Source: Chrysomallon squamiferum (lineage: Eukaryota > Animalia > Mollusca). Taken from it: a stretch of 64,000 bases of DNA. The stretch is taken from the NCBI GenBank assembly GCA_012295275.1, contig CM022665.1, positions 4,464,001 to 4,528,000 of the forward strand. Direction: 5' to 3'. Numbering within the stretch: position 1 is the stretch's first letter; each line of letters starts with the position of its first letter. The translations under genes were made by a program, and so were the position numbers. This document shows, in pieces, positions 1-10,310 of the stretch. The notes under the pieces were generated by a model. The model was not told the origin of the DNA, did no database searches, and worked only from the letters and a program-made list of their open reading frames with translations.

Positions 1-148
1 AACCATATCCCCCTCTGTCTGGTTTTATTACAAAAGCACTGATTTTTCCGAAATATTTTGCAATGAGACGACTCGATGGTTTAGAAGTAAATATCGTTTT
101 AGGAATAGTTATTCCGCTTTCGCGCGCACATAAGTACTGATAAGCCTT
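1..148 (-). pseudogene. 5'-truncated ATP-grasp ligase copy (end of a third duplication unit, cut by the window edge)
   Basis: Near-identical to 19412-19560 of the intact gene and to 10087-10234. Homology stops at the same 'gataagcctta' breakpoint. Confidence 0.85.
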
Positions 149-372
149 ATTATTGGAAGCAGTTCCAGTCTCCTTGTGTCGTGTCAGCTAACTGATAACA
201 TTACTTATTAGAGAAAAAATACTTCGATCTGCATAATTTTTTAAGTTTGAAAAAATTATTAACAATTATTTTCTCTTTTTTTCCCCATTTGTACAAAAAT
301 CTGAATCGACCTTTCAGAGTGAAGCATTAAAAAGCATTGATATCTGTATATTATCTTTAATGTTATCTTCAG

Positions 373-3300
373 AACTGAATTCTTTTCAAAACAAGAAGAA
401 AAGAAAAGCAGAAACTGTTAACAGTTTATCTAAAGATTCTGAACGCCAGTTCAAGAGAATTCGAACATTTGTTTCGTCAAGCGACAGTGAAGATGATGGA
501 AATAATTCAGAAAAGGTCACTGACACACAGTCCACTGATCTTGACAAAAATGCAAAAGAAGAACGACTAAATTTCCTACACGACGCTTTCCCAAATCATA
601 AAGCAGAGGTGATAAGAAATTTTATTGACTATTTTATTTTAAAGAACTGTCAAAGAAGATTTTCTTAATTAAAAGATACTACATTTGTTAATTAATTAGA
701 TGTTATTATTCATTATTTATTTATTAAATTAATTATCTTTTTTCTCAATATTATTGTGAACACACATATAAACTTAGAACTCTGCAAAAAAGTTAAGTTT
801 ATTTAACAAGTTGGCCCCAACTCTCTTGTTAATTTTTTTTTTTTTTTTTATATTAGTTATTTTTCAAACATCAGTTCGCCAAAGTTGCTCTTTCTTTCAG
901 AGTGCCACAATATGGCCAAAAAAAAAAAAAAACAAGACGAATTACGTATGGTACTGATTTGGATGCACTGAATTTGATCTCTGGCTGCAAGGAAGCAATC
1001 CAGTCTCGCAACTTGGTCATCAAGCTGATGAAACGTTGTGAGAGGATTGCCGAAGAGATGGAAACAGTTGTTTCAACAATCACCAACAACACGAAGTCAG
1101 TGAAAGGTTGCCACATTGACAAACAGCCGAGTCTTCTCAGTTCAGTATGACAAACATTTTTTTATTTGGTTTGTTTGTTTGGTTTCTTAAAATAAAATAG
1201 GTTGGTTCAGAAATCAGAAACACTCGAATCCTTTTCCAAACAGTTGAATTAGTGATATCTTTTAGATTTCTGTTGGTTTACCATACATATATCTTTATTT
1301 TGTGCACCAAATTATTAAAAATATTATATAAAAGCACTTCCAGAATAACTTTATAAGCAGTATATAAATATATAGATTGATTTCATCTTTAGATATGCAT
1401 CCTGTTCTTACACTATCTCTTAATGTTGCAAAAAATGAAAAATTATGAAATCTAAAGCGTTTTGATCCCATGCATATTAGATAAGGGATTCTATGGAAGG
1501 TGGATATTTTTTATTTATTATTGTTATTTTTTTATTACTTAGGTTATATTTGTTTATTTAATTGATGTTAATTAAATATTGAAAAAAAAAAAAAAAAAAC
1601 CCACAAAAAACGTACACTTACTGAAAATCAGTAAATATGTTATTTTCATAAGATACAATATATATAAGTACTATGAAAAGATGATTTAAACAAATAATAA
1701 TAATAGTTATTATATTATTCATAAGAAAACCTTTTTTGTAACTCATATTATTTAATAGTCATTCTTAAAAAAAGGCAAACTGATATTTTCCTGAAATTCA
1801 CGCCGGTAGCACCCTCGAGATATGTATAATTTTTTTTGAATAAAGTGAATTTAATAGTATATTATTTTAAGAGAAGTCTTATGTAAATAAAATTAATGCA
1901 AAAATTATTTTATTGAAGTCTTAAGAATTTTTATAATATATATAAGTAAGGTGATTTCATAAGAATTTGATCTGTATTATGTATAAAGTGAATTAAAAAA
2001 TCTATTCATTTAAAGAAATTCTATGAAGGTAATGGTCATTTAAAATTTATTATTTTATATACAAATTTAAAACTATTTTATGTTTACTTTGTCAGTTTCA
2101 CAATGAAGCCTTATCAGCTAATAGGACTGAACTGGCTGAAGATTATGCACACGCAACACTTGAATGGAATACTGGCTGATGAAATGGTGAGTAAAAAGAG
2201 GAATTAGAAAACTGCATTACATTGTTTATAACCTTTGTCTTCTGTTGTAATTTATCTTAAATACGATTTAAAAACCAACCAAATAACACACACACATGCA
2301 TGCACGCACAGGCACACACGTACATATGAACACAGCACAGCATAAAACTCACAATGCAGCAGACACACACACACACACAACACATACACACAGACAAACA
2401 GTAATATAATTGTGTATGGTTTACAGAATAATAATTCTAAATATAAAATGAAAAAGTAAATAATTACATATTTGTTACCAAACAATTAGCTAATGTAGCC
2501 AGACGTAATGTTATTGTTGTATAAAATAATAATTATTTTCTTTTCTTGATGACCACACTGAACTAAATAATATGGCAATTGTCCTTATTATTAGTTTGAG
2601 TAAACATAAAATTACGAATATATGGGTATTTTGAAAGACTGATGTGGCAAATATCTCAAATTTCCAAGCCATCTGTTTGTTATTAGAAATTAAATGTACA
2701 TAACTAACAGAGAGGTAACTCACTGACTAGAAACAGTATATGATATATCTTTTACAAACACATTTTCTTCTACGGAAATGCTGGTTGAGTGTTTGCAGCA
2801 ATATTAATTACTGTTATAAAACACTGCAGTTATTAATCATTGTTATAAATATACTATTATAAATATTGTAATATTATGAATTATTATTATAAAAGAATGT
2901 AATTTTATTAATTACTGTAATAAAACTGTGCTATTATTAATTATTCTTATAAATATAACAGTAATAACCATTATAAATATTGTAATATTAAGCATTATTA
3001 TTATAAAAGATTGTAATATTATTAATTATTTATGAATACTGTATTAATACTAATAACATTTATACTTATTGTAATAATGTTAATTATTGTCAGAATATTG
3101 GTAGCAGATGCATTTATCTGCAAGAAAAAAACGTAATAGAAAATATACTGTTTGTCCTGTTTTTAGGGACTTGGAAAAACTATTCAAGCAATAGCATTCC
3201 TTGCTCATTTGCTGGAAAACAACATATCATCATTGTGCCATCTTCAACTATTGGTAATTATCAGTTATCAGTAAGTCTCTAATCATTTTTTCATATTCAA

Positions 3301-3995
3301 CTGTCAGTAACATCATATTCTAGTGTAATTTTCAACTATCAGTAACTTCATATTCTTGTGAAATCTTCAACTATCAGTGACTTCATATTCGAGTGTAATC
3401 TTCAGCTACCAGTAACTTCATATTCTAGTGTAATTTTCAACTATCAATAACTTTATATTCTAGTGTAATCTTTAACTATTAGCAACTTCATACTATGGTG
3501 TAATCACAAGCTGTCAGTAACTTCATATTCTCATGTAATCTTCAACTATCAGTAACTTCATATTCTAATGTAATCTTCAACTATCAGTAATTTCATATTC
3601 TAGTGTAATCTTCAACTACCAGTAATTTCATATTCTAGTGTAATCTTCAACTACCAGCAACTTCATATTCCAGTATATTCTTCAACTAACTTGTGCCATC
3701 TTCATATTCCAATACAATTTTCAACGAACTTGTACCATCTTCAGCTATCAATAAATTCCTTTCATGTCATATTCAGCTGCTGGTAAAATGCTATTCTGGT
3801 TTCATTTTCAATTTTCACTGAGCTCATATTGTGCCTCTTTTATCAAAATTACCAGTGATACAATTATTATTAATTTTTTTTTTCCCCAGAGAACTGGTTG
3901 CGTGAAATTAAAAAGTGGTGTCCTGCTCTTAATGTGATTGTTTATTACGGTTCTCTGGATGAAAGACGTGTTGCCAGACAGCGAATAATGTACAA
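373..3995 (+). pseudogene. SMARCAD1: SMARCAD1/Fun30-like SNF2 remodeller gene fragment, copy A (5 exons: ~373-608, 875-1144, 2096-2186, 3167-3253, 3890-~3995)
   Basis: Exons read LNFLHDAFP (CUE-like), [28 protein letters not shown]|GLGKTIQAIAFLAHL, and ENWLREIKKWCPALNVIVYYGSLDERR. There is a 13-nt deletion in the GLGKT exon relative to copy B. Homology ends mid-exon and no DEGH or helicase C-terminal exons follow. Confidence 0.85.
3295..3750. repeat. ~35-bp intronic minisatellite (ttcaactatcagtaacttcatattctagtgtaatc), about 13 degenerate units
   Basis: Tandem units directly visible with no unique spacers. A shorter array sits at 12772-13090. Confidence 0.85.
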
Positions 3996-4672
3996 AAACT
4001 GGTTTTAGATGTGTATGAATATTATCTTTTAAATACAATTTTGATCTTATCTTTTCTTTGTTTATTTTATAATCGCGATATCGAAAAAGCTTACTCACCT
4101 CTGTTCCAGGTTTGACCTGTACCTGCACTTTTACCAGTTGTGGAAAACTGACTGTAGGATGTTACTTTATTTTTGTTGTTGTTGTTGTTATTATTATTAT
4201 TATTACTGTTATTATTATTATACTTTCCTAACAAATAACCATAATTATGTATTAGCGTTTCCAGGCCTTTTGAATGAACGGAGCTAGGCATAAAATGTAG
4301 AACCGAGTATATGGAAGATAGCGCCTATAGCTGGCACTGAAATTGCCTCTCTGTCCAAATATCTGACACTCATCTTTCAAATATCCTTGTCATAAAATCG
4401 TCTCAAAAATGTCAGTTACGTTTAATAAAAAGTGCTCAGTGGAGGCCTGCCTTTCGTATGGCGTCCATCGTACATTGGCGTACAGATGTGACTATAAAAT
4501 ATTCCAGTTTGTCAATATAAATAGAAATTTACTTGTATGTACAACATTGTCGTCTGAAATTGTTATTACTACTCTTACTACTCCAGCAATAACTACTACT
4601 ACTAGTACCACCACCACCACCACCACCACTACCAATAGTTGAAACACCAGTAGTTATTAAAGATATACTTAC

Positions 4673-4745
4673 TTCAGTGTTCAGTTATATTTCTGTGAGT
4701 TCTCTCCTACTCGTTCGAAATCATGCACAGAAATTTCCGGCTCAC
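4673..4745 (-). pseudogene. Inverted relic of a diverged paralogue of the peptide/EF-hand gene's last coding exon
   Basis: Minus strand reads EPEISVHDFERV then actgaacactgaa|gtaagt. The gene's exon reads ESDISVEDFERI then actgaacattgat|gtatgt. The relic has a 1-nt deletion and a damaged acceptor. Confidence 0.7.
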
Positions 4746-5951
4746 TTGAAACAACAAAATATGATGATATTGAATATTATTATTATTATTATTATTATTA
4801 TTTATTATCTACATTCGCTTGTTTATATTTAATTTTAGTTTGCAAATATTTACACGTATATAATGCATACATCCATACCAGAATTCTTTGTAAATTCTTA
4901 CTCAGGGCGGCGCCATACTATTTTACGTCTTAGGAAAGCCAGCGACTTGCACACCCCCCAAACAAATAGAAAACTTCAAATTTTGAAAATATGTTTTGCA
5001 GAAAAATATAAATAGTTTAAAATTTTAAACTGTAAAAGTAAGTACCACAAGATACTATTAGCATTCAGGGCCGGGCCTAGTGTTTTTACCGCCCCAGGCC
5101 TTTTAGTACCGGCGACCCAGAATGAGGGGAACGAATTTTCGGGGGGAACAAATATTCTCTGACATCGGCGCTTTAGCTGAAGGTCGCGGAAAGTATTTCT
5201 TTGTCAGTTCTTTTTACAGTTTGGCACCCAAATGGGGACGGCATCCAATCAGACAAAATGACTTATACCTTAGTGAAAGAATATCTGACACAAGAATGGT
5301 ATCATTATCCTACATACAAGCCCCTCTTTTTCGACTCTTTTAATCTGAAACAGAATATCCGTAATATGCATACACATCAACTAATTATTTCTAACTGTAT
5401 TTAAATAAAATGTTTGCACTTTGCAACAGATGAACACGTTACACCTTAAGTTGGCACCAATGTGTGACTGAACTGTACCATAATCACACGCTTTAATGCA
5501 CTTCTAATTGAATTAATATCCTGTTCAGTGTAAAGATATATTGTGATATTCAATGAATCGAAACCACACGCCCAAGTCCGTGTGTGTGCATGCGCATGTG
5601 TGCGTGCATATTCAGGAGTGAATAGTATGAGTTTTCATGAACTGGCACAGTGAAAACATAAAGTCCAATTACGACCTTATAAACAAAATAAATACATATC
5701 TGTAGATATGAAAATGGTAATAATAATAATAATAAAATAAATAATAAATTAATTAATGTTGTTGTTTTGTATACTTGTTGTCATTATGGATGTTAACATT
5801 ATTATCAACATTTAAACTAACCTGTCAAAAATTGCTTACTGTTTATATAGAAAGTATCATCGTTTAATATGAATAATCAGTTTTGCATATTTCTGCACTT
5901 CTTTTTTAGATTCTTCTTAATCCGTCTCCGCGTGTAGAAAACAAACCAACT

Positions 5952-5954
<3 letters not shown>

Positions 5955-6007
<53 letters not shown>

Positions 6008-6050
6008 GTATAGATGGATTAATGCAGTATATACTAACGGGTAGCTCGAT

Positions 6051-6141
<91 letters not shown>
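5955..6141. repeat. (CT)n and (GA)n microsatellites in inverted arrangement
   Basis: Direct reading. Counterpart at 15412-15603 has different tract lengths. Confidence 0.9.
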
Positions 6142-6144
<3 letters not shown>

Positions 6145-6240
6145 AAACTGATGTACGTAAATATTGTACAGACAAATGTATTCATGCTAGACGGAGAGAT
6201 GAAATAACGGATGAACAGAATGATCATATCTTTGTATCAG

Positions 6241-6406
6241 TTCCGGTTATCTTATGTGGTTACTGATCAGATATAACACATTTATTATAATTAATTTTGT
6301 CGAAATAAACATCCTGGTTTAACACATTTTTTCTATAAAAAAGAAGAAAAAAGACAGCATCAACAAATTCATCAGGCAGAGATAGAAAGGACTGGAAGAA
6401 CTAAAG
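6241..6406 (+). promoter_or_regulatory. Putative promoter and non-coding exon 1 of peptide gene copy A
   Basis: TTCCGG/TTATCT/TGTGGTT cluster at 6241-6261, TATAAAA at 6334-6340, strong donor AAG|GTAAGA at 6406, acceptor tgtag immediately before the ATG at 6878. Confidence 0.55.
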
Positions 6407-6877
6407 GTAAGATGCATTTTTGTTTTTCAATGTCTTGTTTGTATTTTCTATGTCTATTAACTCATCTTTCACACTTTTTTCTTGTCAAATGTAAAATACA
6501 CTGAGTACGTAATTATGCGACGTTGACTAAGATAATATAGGCTAATTGATAATAATGAGGTACCATATGTAATCGATGAGAAAAATTAAATAGAGATTTT
6601 CTGATAAAATCCAATGACTAAATGACCGTACAGATAGAAAGAAAACTTTATTTATATTTGAAATATTCAAGGACCATGTAAAAGTAATATACTTTATGAA
6701 CTGACAGACAAACGCTATGACAGACAAAATGACCGATACATTTCAACCTCTATATTGTTAAGAAGTATTTAATGTTTGAACGGACGTTTTCAGTTGTTGA
6801 TGTAGCATAAATATGGTTCTTAATGACTTTCATGACGAAGTAAAATAGGTAATATAAAAGTCACCTACATTCTGTAG

Positions 6878-8203
6878 ATGAGGTTTACCTTTTGCTCCTG
6901 TTGGTGGTGGCGTTCGCCGGTGTGAACGAGTCAGAAGGCTGGAGATTCTGGAGACGAGTAAAGAGATTCTTGAGTCACCTACGAGTTAATGCAACCTATG
7001 ATAGAGACCATGGTTTTCATGGGAAAGTTACGTACCAAAAAAAAGGTATTTAGCTTTGAGATATATTACAAATACCGACTCTGTTGTGTGTAAAAAGTTT
7101 AATATTTTAGCAGAATTAAAATCCATTATGCTTTTAAAGACACAAATGATATTTTATTTTAAATGAGAAGAAGGAAGTAAAAAATAGAAAGTAAATAACA
7201 ATTACACTTTTTACGTTTCGATCCTTATGTACAACAGCATCACAGTTTCGATGGCATTGCAGTTACCCGGCAATGCATTCACACATACATACGTTTTATC
7301 ATAAAGGTTTGCTATCAGTTTTATAACATAAGTCATTTCTTGACTTGTTGGGCCAAAGGAGCCTAGAATTTTTCAAAAGCCTTAATATAAGCTCCCCTTG
7401 TCTACAGTCAAGTGCACATAAATAATCATGTTGTGCTAATCAAAAACATTGTAGACCATAGCATGACGGCTGCAATTTTCAATCCCATTATCAACGTTGT
7501 TTTTAATTCTATGTCTTGTTAAATGTAACAGTCGCACCGTTATTTCTTACATCTTGCTATATCTGCGGAATTAATTATCTAATTTTACTTGTGAGGTATT
7601 TTCTTTTTCGTGTACTGACAGATGTTTCATCTGGGAAGCCATAGTTTAAATGAGCTTATATCAATATTTACATCACCGTAAATAAATAACAAATAAAAAT
7701 AAAAATAAAGAAAGAAACTGCAATAGCCGAAGTTTAGATATTATATAATCAACTGGGTTCTTTTTTATTATGTCAGCCATCTCAGAGATTGACAGCAACC
7801 ACGACGGCGTCATTGATCAGACTGAACTGGAGAAAATCATGAGCAAACGAGACGCTGAGGATTTCCTGGACTTCGTTAACGAAAATGGTAAAACTATATT
7901 TTCCTATTTTTTCTTCTTAAGTTGTATAACAGATATGCGTACATCCATGCATGCATGTTCTTTTTTACATACAAAATCTATTAAAATAATTGTTGCTGTT
8001 ATCCTTCATTAATATTAATACTAATATTAATTATAATAATAAGAATAACAACAACGACGACGACGTAAGCAACAACAACAACAATATTAAGACTACATTG
8101 TTAATATTTTCTGTCACTAAATAAAACTTTTCTTTGTATTATATAAGGTGAATCGGACATCTCAGTAGAAGATTTTGAACGAATAGCGAGAGAACTGGCA
8201 TAA
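6878..8203 (+). CDS. Secreted cationic peptide/EF-hand precursor, copy A (exons 6878-7045, 7777-7887, 8148-8203); 1-nt frameshift in signal peptide as assembled
   Basis: Same GT-AG structure as copy B. T4 instead of T5 near 6890 shifts the frame (pseudogene or homopolymer error). Restored peptide: WRFWRRVKRFLSHLRVNATYDRDHGFHGKVTYQ-KK. Confidence 0.7.
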
Positions 8204-9073
8204 ACGGAATTACTGAACATTGATGTATGTTGATTTTTAAATTGAAACAGAAATAGTAGTAGTACCACTACTACCAGTATTAGTATTAGTAGTAGTAGAA
8301 ATAGTAGCAGTAGTACCACTAGTACCAGTATTAGTAATAGTAGAAATAGTAGTAGTAGTAGCAGCAATAGCAGTAATAGCAGCTATAATGGTGATAGTAT
8401 TGGTAGTAAAAGTACCGCTGACGATGGTAGTAGTAGTAGTAGTAGCAGCAGCAGCAGCAGCAGTAATAATAGTTGTTATTGTTGCAGTTACAGTAGTAGA
8501 ACGATAATAACGTTTCTCCGTCGATTATTTTTGAAAAGAAAAATGTCAGGTAGAGTGTTCAGTTGTTTAATTATTCTGCAAGTATCTTATTAATGTACTA
8601 AATCATTTTTGTATTGTCTTTCAGATGGACATTTTACATCTAGATGATAATTTCAATAAAAGTGCATGGCCATGATTTTGATTTTGTTATTTATTTCTCT
8701 AATTTACATCTTGGCCATATATCTGTTTGAAGTGAACGAAAGAAGAAATATGATAAGAACATTATTTATTTGTTTGTTTCTTATTCATTTATTTATTTAT
8801 TTGTTTGTTTCTTAACATACTCGTTAAGGATTCTACAATATATATTATGTAGGAATGAAACAAATAAGAACTAAGCAAATATATTAAATGAAGTTATATT
8901 GGTAACACCTAAGAAATGATGGAAACTTTGAATGAAGAAAGCTTTAAGAGTGGGTCAAAGACTGAAAGAATAAACTACAGAATGCACGCTGGCAACTGCG
9001 AATGAATAAATAACATGCTATTTCTTTTAGTCATTCCGATTGTATTGTTATTGTTATTATTATTATGATTATG

Positions 9074-9127
<54 letters not shown>

Positions 9128-9618
9128 ACGTTGAAGATATCATTTAGGCCTGTTTTGAACGAAGATGAAATGAGAAACAAAGCCCTTTGAAAAATTAAAG
9201 AAGAACATTATTTGTTTAATTTTTGTTTGTTAATATATATGTTTTCTTGTTTGTTTATTTCTAAGAGAGACTGCAGTTCAGAATCTTTGAATGAATGAAT
9301 GAATGAATGGCAACAAACAGTACATCTGAAAAACAGCACAAACAATAAAAACAACAAAATCACACACGTAACAGCCAACCAAATGTTGTGGAAAAAAATC
9401 AAACAATATAAAATTAAAATGCATTCTTTATTTTATCTTAAATATCAACAAAAATATATTTTAACAAATAGGAATGATAATTCTTCAAGTATTAATCCTT
9501 AATTAGAAGATGGTACCTGTAGACATGTGGTGATACTGTGAATTATTTCAAGTTTCTTTTTATGTACATTTTTAATCTAAAATGCTAGCTTAATTAATTA
9601 TTAGGAAAACGTTGTTAT

Positions 9619-10234
9619 TCACTTGTTCAGTGACTGCATAGCAATAACTTTGCTATATACATACTCAGCTACTGCTTTCCATCCTTGGGTAATTCCCTCT
9701 TGTATCTCAGCTTCAGTTGCATATACGGTATTAGCGTTCACTTCAATCAAGTACGGAACGCCACCAGGGCCATAAATGAACTCCAGTGCTCCGTTCTCCA
9801 ATCCCGTTAGTCGAAACAGGTCTTCGCATTTGGCAACAAGGTCGGGATCAAAATCATTGATGAGTTTTAGTCTGTCCTTTGCTTGGTCTGCCGGACATGA
9901 ATTGGTATTAATCGCATCATTTCAAAGTTCTGCTGGCATATATAAATTTTTGTCCGACAAGTTCCGCTCGATAAAGACCGTCATCAGCGGGGAGGTAACT
10001 CTGTATGAAGTATAACCCTGTGAAAGAGTTAAGCGGTTCTTCGTTCGCTTCAAATTCTGAAAGACAGTTAAAGAGTGTGATATCAAAACCATATCCCCCT
10101 CTGTCTGGTTTTATTACAAAAGCACTGATTTTTCCGAAATATTTTGCAATGAGACGACTCGATGGTTTAGAAGTAAATATCGTTTTAGGAACAGTTATTC
10201 CGTTTCGCGCGCACTTAAGTACTGATAAGCCTTA
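9619..10234 (-). pseudogene. 5'-truncated, frameshifted ATP-grasp ligase copy
   Basis: Matches about the last 205 codons of 18942-19862. Net 2-nt deletion near 9911 and the first ~100 codons are missing. Confidence 0.88.
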
Positions 10235-10310
10235 ATGTTGGAAGCAGTTCCAGTCTCCTTGTGTCGTGTCAGCTAACTGATAACATTTATGATTTAATGT
10301 TATCTTCAGA

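Larger units (their letters stand above)
149..10234. repeat. Tandem segmental duplication unit A
   Basis: Collinear high identity with 10235-19560 across exons, introns and microsatellites (e.g. ORF 360-668 vs 10261-10605; exon 7777-7887 vs 17134-17244). Confidence 0.92.

Noticed and set aside
3295-3750. 35-bp repeat array as a CRISPR array
   Set aside because: Units are contiguous with no unique spacers, there are no cas genes, and the context is a eukaryotic intron.
5877-6227. ERERER/LSLSLS ORFs here and at 15.4, 24.5, 33.1, 39.7, 44.2 and 54.1 kb
   Set aside because: (GA)n/(CT)n microsatellite artefacts.
9776-10235. Plus-strand ORFs 9776-10015 and 10005-10235 (also 19099-19299)
   Set aside because: Antisense shadows of the ATP-grasp sequence.
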